Shown: positions 8,523-18,450, numbered from the stretch's first letter. The stretch: DNA of 21,891 bases from Octopus sinensis (GCF_006345805.1 NW_021836925.1:1-21891); one strand, 5' to 3'. Notes: generated from the letters alone by a model not told the origin. A program made the numbers and translations.

Positions 8523-8572
8523 GTGATGACGATTAAGGCAACAACTGCCTCAACGACAACATTAAGAAGAAC

Positions 8573-8801
8573 AAGAATGGTTTCCAATTTGGCACAGGGC
8601 CAATGCTTTCTGGGATGGGGGGTGGTGGAGGTATGTCGATCACATTGACCCTGGGACTCAACTCGTACTTATTTTATCGACCCCGAAAGGATGAATGGCA
8701 AAGTCGACCTCGGCGGAATTTGAACTCAGAACGAAAACACGGACGAAATGCCGTTAAGCATTTTGTCCGGCGTGCAAACGATTTTGCTAGTTCGTCGCCT
8801 T
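8573..8801 (-). mobile_element. SINE family A, near full length
   Basis: ATCGACCCCGAAAGGATGAATGGCAAAGTCGACCTCGGCGGAATTTGAACTCAGAACG...; tail type GCCCTGTGCCAAATTGGAAACC. Confidence 0.85.
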
Positions 8802-8805
8802 ATAG

Positions 8806-9240
8806 TAATAATGGTTTCAAATTTTGGCACAAGGCCAGCAACTTCGGGGAAGGAAGTTGGTCAGTCGCACCGCCCCACCCACTTGATCAGTACTTATTTT
8901 ATCGGCCTCGAAAACGATGAAAGGCGAAGATGATCTCGCGAAGACTTGAACTCAGAACCCTAAGAAGTACCTATTTCTTTACTACCCACAAGGGGCTAAA
9001 CACAGAGGGGACAAACAAGGACAAACAAACGGATTAAGTCGATTATATCGACCCCAGTGCGTAACTGGTACTTAATTTATCGACCCCGAAAGGATGAAAG
9101 GCAAAGTCGACCTCGGCGGAATTTGAGCTCAGAACGTAATGGCAGACGAAATACCGCTAAGCATTTCGGCCGGCGTGCTAGCGATTCTGCCAGCTCGCCG
9201 CCTTCTAAGAAGTGCCGCATGGCATTTTACCCGGCGCTAA
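8806..9240 (-). mobile_element. Old SINE family A copy interrupted by a younger A copy
   Basis: The 3' part spans 8806-8968 and continues after the insertion as GCCGCATGGCATTTTACCCGGCGCTA (9214-9240), which matches the family A head. Confidence 0.65.
8969..9204 (-). mobile_element. Young full-length tRNA-derived SINE family A with 9-bp TSD
   Basis: TSD CTAAGAAGT at 8960-8968 and 9205-9213. A-box-like TGGCAGAATCG and B-box-like GAGCTCAAATTCC. Highly similar to 10481-10717. The core GTCGACTTTGCCTTTCATCCTTTCGGGGTCGATAAA resembles Deu/Nin-type SINE domains (from memory, unverified). Confidence 0.92.
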
Positions 9241-9244
9241 AGAA

Positions 9245-9535
9245 GCAAAGATAAGAGAATTAAATCAAACGCACGCAAATACTTTGGAATGAATGAACCA
9301 GACGTTATACATTACAAATAAATTAAGTAAAAGCGAGCAAGAAATGTTAAAGATACGGCGGGTCATTATTTAAAACAGAGCCAACTGCAAAAAATATGAT
9401 AATAGCTGTCAATAGCTTAGTTGTACTGCCATTAATAAATTATATACAAATGGCAGCTTGACTAGAGAGGAAAACAAGAAAATAATGAATACTAGAAAGA
9501 TTATATTTACCTGGAATACAGAAAGGAAGATATCA
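9245..9535 (+). mobile_element. Decayed Dong/R4-clade LINE fragment (RT C-terminal region)
   Basis: Piecewise translation KYFGMNEPDVIHYK*IK ... FKTEPTAKNMIIAVNSLVV ... LERKTRK ... ERLYLPGIQKGR follows the R4/Dong motif order YKYLG, KSELNAKN-AIN, LDRKTRK, RLYLPRxxGGRG. Multiple stops and frameshifts. Confidence 0.65.
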
Positions 9536-9652
9536 TCAAAAACCAGATAATTATTATAAAACTAGCATACCCGTATCGTCAAAAATGCCGATAATTTTTT
9601 TTAAATGATGGGAAATGGTGGATCAAAACCAAGGGAGAAACCATTGTTAAAT

Positions 9653-9776
9653 GGAGTAGAGCAACGTAAAATGAAGTGTTTTGCTTAAGAAGACAACGAA
9701 CCACCCGGTCCGGTAATTGAAATCACAATCTTACGATCAGAAGTCTAACAACCTAACCACTACGCCACTCACCTCC
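9653..9776 (-). mobile_element. SINE family B-like head fragment
   Basis: Minus strand GTGGCGTAGTGGTTAGG...GATCGTAAGATTGTGATTTCAATT...TTAAGCAAAACACTTCATTTTACGTTGCTC resembles 10311-10415. Confidence 0.65.
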
Positions 9777-10020
9777 GTTTTTATACACCATGGAAACCAT
9801 GATAGGGTGCAGCCCTTCAGTTGTTGGACCCATAGACAGACTGAGAGACAGGCAGAAGGGGACCGAAATAGCGTAAGGGGTTTTGTTTAGAAAGCTCACT
9901 GACAATGATAGATTTGACCTTTTGACCGATACAAAAATGAGCGAAGTTCGTATTTAGTTGGCCACTTTGCGTCTGGTAAGTCAAGCGCTGATAAAGACGC
10001 GTGTCTGTTAATGGGTAGGG

Positions 10021-10309
10021 CAGTAGTTCCCAAACTTTTTTAGGCTGCCGCCCCTTGGCACCTAGGCCACATTTCTAGCGCCCCTCCCCCTCCCCGCCAC
10101 AAATATAAATCACTTTCTGCAGCAAATTCCAACCTGCTGGTATTTCACAGATAAAACTTAAACCTACTTATCCTATTAATGTTTCTTTTACATCTATCGC
10201 CACCCCATTTTGGCCAGCCCATTATCATCCCACTTTTCTTCAACGCCCTCCACCCCGGATCTTTCCACCACTCCCAGGGAGGCAGTACTGTCCACTTTGG
10301 GAACCACTG
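10021..10309. mobile_element. hAT (Charlie-type) MITE, 289 bp
   Basis: TIRs CAGTAGTTCCCAAA / TTTGGGAACCACTG (13/14). 8-bp TSD GGGTAGGG / GGTTAGGG (7/8) with central TA. No transposase coding. Confidence 0.88.
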
Positions 10310-10480
10310 GGTTAGGGTATTCGGCTCACGATCGCAAGGTTGTGAGTTCGATATCCGACGATGCGTTGTGTCGTTGAGCAAGAAATTTTATTTCACATTG
10401 CTCCAGGCCACTCATTTGGCAAAATTGAATTCTGTCAGGCTGAACCTCCCTGAGAACTACGTTAAGGGTATGCGTGTCTG

Positions 10481-10717
10481 AAAGGCGGTGAGCTGGCAGA
10501 ATCGTTAGCACCTCGGGCAAAATGCTTACCGGTATTTTCTCGGCCGCTACGTTCTGAGTTCAAATTTCACCGAGGTCGACTTTGCCTTTCATCCTTTCGG
10601 GGTCGATTAAATAAGTACCAGTTACGCATTGGGGTCGATATAATCGATTTAATCCGTTTGTCTGTCCTTGTTTGTCCCCTCTCTGTTTAGCCCCTTGTGG
10701 GTAGTAAAGAAATAGGT
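10481..10717 (+). mobile_element. Young full-length SINE family A with TSD
   Basis: GGTATGCGTGTCTG is duplicated at 10467-10480 and 10715-10728. tRNA-like head; ends AAAGAAATAGGT. Confidence 0.92.
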
Positions 10718-10906
10718 ATGCGTGTCTGTGGAGTGCTCAGCCAATTGGATGCTAATTTCACAAGCCGGCTGTTCCGTAGGTCGGATCAGCTAGAACGCTA
10801 ATCGTCGTAACATACTGAGAACCAGTTTAAGTCAAGCGTTACAATTCAGCCAGCGTTGATCCAAGACCCAAGAAACACAGCGAAGAAATTCACCGTTATA
10901 ATTGTG

Positions 10907-11263
10907 TCATACGAACAGATGAACTTCAACGATTAAATACTCGCAGAAGTTAGAACTAATGACGAAGTAAGTCTTTTTAATCTTCAGTAAAGATCCATTA
11001 ATATACCAAGTCTGCTGAAAGTAACTCTTTACTTTCGTAGTTTCCTCTTCAATATCAATATAAAAGAAGGGAATATCAACGTCTATTCGGAAATAACATG
11101 AATACCTGTATAAATTCGGGCAAATAATCAAATGAGACTTAATCTGCAGAGGAACTATTAATGTATGAAGGCCACTGATACAACCCGCTGCTAAAACGTC
11201 TCTTTTTTTCAATATCAGCGCAGTTATAAGTAAACCAAGGAGAAAAAATATATCTCTCTTCAT
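10907..11263 (-). CDS. Unassigned 118-aa ORF in unique AT-rich sequence
   Basis: ATG start, hydrophobic N-terminus, no low-complexity composition. A possible acceptor TCTTAG lies 15 nt upstream and in frame. No family recognised. Confidence 0.2.
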   Translation of the reverse strand: MKRDIFFLLGLLITALILKKRDVLAAGCISGLHTLIVPLQIKSHLIICPNLYRYSCYFRIDVDIPFFYIDIEEETTKVKSYFQQTWYINGSLLKIKKTYFVISSNFCEYLIVEVHLFV

Positions 11264-12039
11264 ACGGAAATAACAAATCTAAGACGATTCTAAAACACAG
11301 TTTTCTGACTTGATTGAAAGGTTCGTATAATCGAAGTTCAATATATTTTCATTTTTTTTTCTCTGGTGGAAGAATTTCTTTTTATCTGCACTTTTTTTTT
11401 TTTTTACCATTTTCCATTCTTTCATTTATTATTATCATTTTTTCTTTGGAATGTCTATATTTCCTTGCAAGAATTTCTTAGAATCGTTTCTTTGACGGAA
11501 ATTTTTTTCATCAAAAGGATATAGTATCGTATACACAATAATGGCTGTCTTTGGTGTGATAAGATTCGGGTTGTTAATAGTTGAGAGGGAAATAGAGAGG
11601 CAGCGAAAGAAAGAGGCAGAACGGTGTGTAGGAAAAAGAGAAACAGTCGGAAAAGATGCAAGTATTAAAGAAAAAATATGCATCACAATACAGAGAAAGC
11701 GGGAGACAAAAAAAAAAGAGAAACATCAGTTGAGAATAACGAGAAGACTGCAAGACCAAAAATCTATTTTTCACGTCGATGCGGAGAACAACGAATGCAA
11801 TTGTTGCATCGGCGTTGCCATCTTTACTCTTTCTCTTTCGCTCTCTTCTTCTGACGATGTATGGGTATGTATGTGTGTGTGCGTGTAGGTGTATGTGTGC
11901 GTGTAGGTGGGTGTTCCATAGGCACACGCATACATGCATGCATATAAATATACACACAAACGTGTGTGTACGACACATAGGTACGCGAATATGGTGTATA
12001 CGTGTTTATTTGTCTAAATTGAAGTTTGTCTCTCTACCT

Positions 12040-12301
12040 CTTTGTCTCGCCGTCTCTCTATCTCTCTGTCTCTGTACACACACACACACGCACGCACGCA
12101 CACACACACATACACACACACATATATGTATGCTTGTATGTGTGCATATATATATATATGCACACGTGTGTATATGTGTAGTTACATATTTATACATGCA
12201 TACCTTCACAAACATATATCTATACACATACATACATTCACAACACACACATATAGACAGATATAAATCATATATATATATATAATGCATATATATATGT
12301 G

Positions 12302-12341
<40 letters not shown>

Positions 12342-12760
12342 GCATATATATATATTAATATAATATATAATATATATATATATATATATATAGTATATAT
12401 ATATTATATACGTATTGCATTACATATATTATATAGTGTGTGTGTAGTGTGTGTGTGTGTGCGTGTGTGAAATATGTGATTTAGAAATCCCATAATGCGA
12501 TTTGAAAGGTTAGAAACTGGGCAGATGTTCGATTTCCCATCATAAAAAGAGAGAAAAATAGAGTAAAACAACAACAACAATAACAACAACAACAACAACA
12601 ACAAGGAAAGAAAGAAAAACGGATTAAAACAATCACTCACACACATATACGTATGAATATATATACATACATGCATGCATATATATACTACATATACATA
12701 TACAATATAATATATATATATCATATACATAAATATACATACATATTATACATACATAAT

Positions 12761-12792
<32 letters not shown>

Positions 12793-12860
12793 ACATATCA
12801 TAATACATACATATACATACATACATATATGTATATGTGTGTGCGTGTTTGTGTATGTAT
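12040..12860. repeat. Large compound CT/CA/TA/GT/CAA microsatellite field
   Basis: Directly visible. Confidence 0.9.
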
Positions 12861-12959
12861 GTTTGTGTGTGTATATGTATTAAAACCATTATATAACAAA
12901 GTTGGAGGATATAGAAAACAGCGAACCAATAAAGAATTGAATTATGGCACGGACGTAGG

Positions 12960-13260
12960 ACGGAGGTGGTGGCGGCGGTGGTGGCGGCGGTGGTGGCGAT
13001 GGTGGTGGTGGGGGTGGCGATGGTGGTGGTAGTAGTGGGAGTGATGACGATCGTCATAGTGATGGTGGTAGCAGGAGTATTGGTGGTTGGAAATGTGGTG
13101 GCGGTGGGATGATGGTGGTGGTGAAGTGGTGTGGTGGTGACAGTAGTTATCATAGCACGCTGGTGGTATAGTAGTAGTATAGTTGTAGTGGTAACAGTGG
13201 TGGTCGTAATGTTATAGGTATGGGATTGATGGTGGTGTGGTGGTGGTGGGGTGGGGCTTT
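12960..13260. repeat. Degenerate (GGT/GGC/AGT)n tract
   Basis: Directly visible. Confidence 0.85.
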
Positions 13261-13388
13261 TATTGATGGACAAAATATTTGGCAGTGGTGGTCATGTTAA
13301 GAGAGTGCAGTGCTATTGCAGCGAAAAAGATAGCAGTGGTGTGAAGGTATTGTCAGTTGTGATGGTGATACTGCTGTGGTTGCTATTG

Positions 13389-13595
13389 TTTAGCCCTCGG
13401 TCAGTGCCAACTGAACACATCTATGATCAACTACATTCCAAATATGACCACTTGGTCTTTTTCTTGAACATTATTTATCTAGCATGAACTTATATACAAT
13501 GTGTCCTTCGTATTTTGAAGATGGTAGGATGTAATTTGAGGAGATTTCGCTACTATTTCTAGTAGGTCAAGCGATTACGTGGAAACTCCCTCAGG
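13389..13595 (+). mobile_element. Old dispersed repeat (family D), decayed
   Basis: GTAATTTGAGGAGATTTCGCTACTATTTCTAGTAGGTCAAGCGA aligns loosely with GTGATTTCGGGGAGATTTGACAGCCAGTTTTAGTTGGTCGAACAA at 16085-16130. Both copies begin TTTAG after a TTG tract. Confidence 0.4.
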
Positions 13596-13644
13596 TCATG
13601 ATAATTTTGGTGGTGGTGGTGGTGGTAGTAGCATTTCTTTGAGG

Positions 13645-13972
13645 GAAGGCTCATGGCTGAGTGGTTCAGCTCACACTCACAAGGGCAAGAGTTTGATACT
13701 CAGCACCGCGTTGCATCCTTGAGCAAGACACTCTACTGCACGTCGCCCCAAACCACTCGGCAGGTAAAAATGAGTTGTATCTGTATTTTAAAGGACCAGC
13801 CTTGTTACATTCTGTGTCACACTGATTCTCCCTGAGAATTACATTAAGGGTATGTGTGTCTGTGTCTGTGTCTGTGGGATGCGTAACCACTTGCACGTTA
13901 ATTTCAACGGGAGACTGTTCTGTTGATCGGATCGACTGGAACTGTCGTCGTCGAAACCGACGAAGTACCAGT
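13645..13972 (+). mobile_element. SINE family B, diverged full-length copy
   Basis: tRNA-like head, CCTTGAGCAAGACAC core, and CTCCCTGAGAATTACATTAAGGGTATG shared with the 10310-10828 copy. Confidence 0.8.
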
Positions 13973-13980
13973 TGTGTATT

Positions 13981-15000
13981 AGAGGTGATAATGTTGGTAT
14001 TGGTCGCAGTAGTAATGATGGTGATTGTAGAACTGGTGATAATGTTTGTTAGAGGTGATAATGTTGGTATTGGTCGCAGTAGTAATGATGGTGATTGTAG
14101 AACTGGTGATAATGTTTGTTAGAGGTGATAATGTTGGTATTGGTCGCAGTAGTAATGATGGTGATTGTAGAACTGGTGATAATGTTTGTTAGAGGTGATA
14201 TAGTTGGTATTGGTCGCAGTAGTAATGATGGTGATTGTAGAACTGGTGATAATGTTTATTAGAGGTGATATAGTTGGTATTGGTCGCAATAGTAACGATG
14301 GTGATTGTAGAACTGGTGATAATGTTTGTTAGAGGTGATAATGTTGGTATTGGTCGCAATAGTAATGATGGTGATTGTAGAACTGGTGATAATATTTGTT
14401 AGAGGTGATAATGTTGGTATTGGTCACAATAGAAATGATGGTGATTGTAGAAGTGGTGATAATGTTTATTAGAGCTGATAATGTTGGTATTGGTCGCAAT
14501 AGTAATGATGGTGATTGTAGAACTGGTGATAATGTTTGTTAGAGGTGATAATGTTGGTATTGGTCGCAATAGTAATGATGGTGATTGTAGAACTGGTGAT
14601 AATGTTTGTTAGAGGTGATAATGTTGGTATTGGTCGCAATAGTAATGATGGTGATTGTAGAACTGATGATAATGTTTATTAGAGGTGATAATGTTTATTA
14701 GAGCTGATAATGTTGGTATTGGTCGCAATAGTAATGATGGTGATTGTAGAACTGGTGATAATGTTTATTAGAGCTGATAATGTTGGTATTGGTCGCAATA
14801 GTAATGATGGGGATGGTAGAAGTGGTGATAATGTTTATTAGAGCTGATAATGTTGGTATTGGTCGCAGTAGTAATGATGGTGATGGTAGAAGTGGTGATA
14901 ATGTTTGTTAGAGCTAATAATGTTGGTATTGGTCGCAGTAGTAATGATGGGGATGGTAGAAGTGGTGATAATGTTTGTTAGAGCTGATAATGTTGGTGTT
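13981..15000. repeat. 70-bp minisatellite, 14 full units plus partials
   Basis: Unit AGAGGTGATAATGTTGGTATTGGTCGCAGTAGTAATGATGGTGATTGTAGAACTGGTGATAATGTTTGTT. Ten in-phase units at 13981-14680, a 19-bp partial, then four more units. Confidence 0.97.
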
Positions 15001-15329
15001 CATCACAGTGGTGGTTAGTAGAAATATTGTTCATGTTATTAACGAACGTATTGCTGACATTGGTAACCATGGTGATATTGTGCATATTGTGGGTAGTAGT
15101 GATGGTCGTGGTAGCAGTGTTATAATATCTGTAGAGATACTAAGAAACGTGTTGAGATGTTGCTAGTAACTGTGATGTTGTTTGGTCTCGATCAGTTTTG
15201 GTGTAAGAGATCAAATATATAGGAATGATAATTTGCCAAACAGGGCAATCGATGTCTTAATTAATGTTGACCAATCTTGATCAGTCTTAATTAGTCTTGA
15301 TTTAAGTAACTCAATATAATAAGGTTAAT

Positions 15330-15461
15330 ATGATAATGATAAAAATAATATGATAATAATAATAATAATAGTAGTAGTAGTAGTAGTAGTAGTAGTAATA
15401 ATAATAATAGTAATAATAATAATAATAATTAACAATGATAGTAATAATAATAATAATAATA
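15330..15461. repeat. (TAA)n/(TAG)n microsatellite
   Basis: Directly visible. Confidence 0.9.
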
Positions 15462-15654
15462 AGCACTACACACGCACTACTAGGCACTGCACACGCACTA
15501 CTAGGCACTGCACACTCCTGACGCAGAACACTTTCCATACAATAACCATCAGAGCATCACAACAAATCACAGCACATACCCAAGGCACACAGAGCTGCGC
15601 TCTCGGTGTAGTGCAGTGAAAGCACGATATAAAAAATATACACTGATAAAATAT
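15462..15654 (+). mobile_element. 5'-truncated 3' end of a Dong/R4-clade LINE inserted in (TAA)n
   Basis: GCACTACTAGGCACTGCACAC-(TCCTGA)-CGCAGAACACTTTCCATACAATAA reads ALLGTAH-x-x-RRTLSIQ*, matching the R4/Dong terminal motif ALLGTAHILRxxL. About 110 nt of 3' UTR follow, then (TAA)n. Confidence 0.72.
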
Positions 15655-15702
15655 AAATAATAATAATAAAATGATAATAATAATAATATAATAATAATAA
15701 TC

Positions 15703-15757
<55 letters not shown>

Positions 15758-15790
15758 TGATAATATGATAAGGATAAAAATATAATTATA
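15655..15790. repeat. (TAA)n microsatellite
   Basis: Directly visible. Confidence 0.95.
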
Positions 15791-15962
15791 ATGATAATTG
15801 CCCTCTAGATTTAGGTCAATTCTATGTGTCCTTCCTTATTTCTCCATTACGTTGTGATTTGTGCAAGAAGTTGTCTTCTATTTGTGACATGTCGATCAAC
15901 CACACAGACATTTTCATTGGCTCCAATTATTGTTGTTATTGTTGTTGTTGTTTTTGTTGTTG

Positions 15963-16135
15963 TTTAGTCCAGAGCACCATAAATGAAACAGGTATATGTT
16001 CACAAGCATTCTGACCGTGGCCACTGTGTCTGTTCTTTGCACAGTAAACCCTCGCTATTTTATTCGAAATCCCTTTTGTAATATGTGATTTCGGGGAGAT
16101 TTGACAGCCAGTTTTAGTTGGTCGAACAACCTCTT
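15963..16135 (+). mobile_element. Old dispersed repeat (family D), decayed
   Basis: Loose similarity to 13389-13595. Confidence 0.35.
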
Positions 16136-16262
16136 AGTATTGCTCTCATTGGCTCCATTGATTCGTTGCTTGATAAGATTAGTAACACTGCTAAAGACAC
16201 TGATGCTGGTAGTAATATACATACTTTTCAGACACTGACCAGCTCTTATATAACAGAGCTGT

Positions 16263-16335
16263 GCTAAGTTACGGGGACGTAAGCACACCAGCATCGGTTG
16301 TCATGCGGTGGCTGGGGACAAACAGAGACATATAT

Positions 16336-16392
<57 letters not shown>

Positions 16393-16568
16393 ATACATAC
16401 ACATACGACAGGCTTCTTTCAGTTTCCCTCAACCAAATCCACTCACAAGGCTTTGGTCGACCCGAGGCTACAGTAGAAGACACTTGTCCAAGATGCCATA
16501 CAGTGGGACTGAACCAGGAACCATGTGGTTGGGAAGCAAGCATTTTATTACACAGCCACGCCTGCGCC
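16263..16568 (-). mobile_element. SINE family C, 3'-truncated, with internal (TA)n
   Basis: Collinear with 19905-20231: GCTAAGTTACGGGGACGTA...AAATCCACTCACAAGGCTTTGGTC...GGAACCATGTGGTTGG...ACACAGCCAC. Confidence 0.88.
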
Positions 16569-17014
16569 TACATACGCACGCACATACGTACACACACACA
16601 TATCTGTATGTATATGTGTGTTGAAAAGGTTAAGAGGTTTCATTTGAATAAATGCATATTAAAAGCAAAAAGAAGCAAATGCTCTGAGAATGCTATTATG
16701 CATAAAAGAAAGAAAATATCTCCATGTTTATCAAAATATGCAACCGGTTTCAATCGTTTTAAAAGTATATTTAGTCATGCCGAAAAAGGGAGGAAAATAA
16801 GTGAATTTTGTAATAAAAGCATGTGAAATTCCAGAACTGATATGAAAGATTAATTTAATTTATTTCAGTTTTTTCCCTTCTTTTCCAGCATGACCAAATT
16901 GTCTGGTAAAAGGATTGAAGCATATTTTGATTAAAATGTAATTTTTCCTTTATTTTAGACGACAAAACTCTCAAAGCATTTTCTTCTTTTTGTTTATTTA
17001 ATATATATACATAC

Positions 17015-17600
17015 ACACACTATCTCACACATACACACACTATCACACAAACATATAAACACTATCATAGATACATGCATACACTATCACACACACATAC
17101 ACACACTATCTCACACACATAAACACACTTTCACACACACATACATACACTATCTCACACACTATCACACAAACATACACACACTATCATACACACATGC
17201 ATACACTATCACACACACATACACACACTATCTCACACACATAAACACACTATCACACACATATACATACACTATTACACACACTATCACACACTATCTC
17301 TCACACGTAAACACACTATCACACACACATACACACACTATCTCTCACACATAAACACACTATCACACACGCATACATACATACACTATCTCACACACAT
17401 ACACACACTATCACACACATATACATACACTATTACACACACTATCACACACTATCTCTCACACGTAAACACACTATCACACACACATACACACACTATC
17501 TCTCACACATAAACACACTATCACACACACATACATACATACACTATCTCACACACATACACACACTATCACACACACTATCACACACATATACACACAC
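17015..17600. repeat. CA-rich minisatellite (~20-bp units anchored on CACTATC) with higher-order repeats
   Basis: Rare variants recur at fixed spacing: CATGC at 17074 and 17196 (122 bp), CGTAA at 17306 and 17464 (158 bp). Confidence 0.9.
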
Positions 17601-18056
17601 ATTGGTTAAAAAGAATGCAATACAGCTTGGATTCTTTCATAAGCCATCCGGGATGTTATAAATGTTGGACGTGGTGTTGTTTTTGTGAACTACACAAGCT
17701 TGGTGACACGAAAGCGAGTTTGCTACTAGCATTTTGTGATTTCTCTCTTAAAGATAACATCAAAAATTGTTGAATTTAATCGAATATTTATCAGTGATAA
17801 ACTGGAGGCGATTAAACCGAACATACGCTTTATTTAAAATTTATTTTTTGCTGTTGCAACGAAAGAAAGAAAAAAAGCCTCAAGAACGAATCAATGAGGC
17901 GATTCTGTTGTAACATGAACTGAGATGTTTATTCATAAATTGAACTTCAACGAAAACATTTTTTTTTACGAGGCTGCAATATTACTGTTTTATTTGTATT
18001 TTCCTGAAATTACAATTTTGAACGCTGTAAATTAAATGTTATGAATATATAATATA

Positions 18057-18450
18057 CTAGCAGTATCGCCCGGCGTTGCCCGGGTTTGTTTCGACCCTTT
18101 AGAATTGGAATTTTTGAAAAGAAAAAATTTCGCATTATGTAGCTTCTTATTCTCTTTAAGTGAACATTTTTCTGGTTGAAATACACCGAAAAATGGCGAC
18201 ACAGCAGTCAAAAAATCGTAAAAAATAGGGATTTTCATAGGAAAAAAAGCACCTTTTTGATGTAAATAATTTTTGGTGCTAACATGGTTCGATTTGAATT
18301 TTTTCTTCTACGGAATGAAGAGAAAGCCTTCTATCATACTGTCAATTTTGGTCAACTTGTGCTGCAGGGTCTCAGAGGAGATAGTGTTAGTTGAAGGCTA
18401 CCAAACCTGCCATACACAGACAACTTCAGCTTTATATATATATATATAGA
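18057..18450 (-). mobile_element. Complete non-autonomous Helitron, 394 bp
   Basis: The minus strand starts A|TCTATATA and ends CCCGG-GCAACG-CCGGG hairpin + CGATACTG + CTAG|T. It sits between A and T with no TSD, the canonical Helitron termini. Confidence 0.85.

Larger units (their letters stand above)
9993..10828 (+). mobile_element. SINE family B interrupted by a hAT MITE and a SINE A
   Basis: Segments 9993-10020, 10310-10480 and 10718-10828 join into one element collinear with the copy at 13645-13972. Confidence 0.75.

Noticed and set aside
9891-9981. Strong donor CTG|GTAAGT with upstream AG sites
   Set aside because: The 85-nt exon has stops in all three frames. The 18-nt alternative (9958-9975) has a weak acceptor and cannot be supported from sequence alone.
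11000-11100. Plus-strand peptide FLFNINIKEGNINVYSEI faintly like a cadherin strand
   Set aside because: The frame is bounded by stops within about 36 codons and lacks the calcium-binding motifs.
12960-13260. G-rich tracts as G-quadruplex candidates
   Set aside because: Mostly GG doublets of ordinary (GGT)n repeats; nothing distinguishes them from background microsatellites.
12746-13273. 175-aa His/Thr-rich ORF
   Set aside because: Antisense reading of GGT and TA repeats.
13981-15000. Regular array that could be mistaken for CRISPR or a repeat protein
   Set aside because: Units are contiguous with no unique spacers. The 70-bp period is not a multiple of 3 and the listed ORF ends at 14122. 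The context is eukaryotic.
16308-16826. 172-aa ORF
   Set aside because: Mosaic of (TA)n, antisense SINE C and A-rich sequence.
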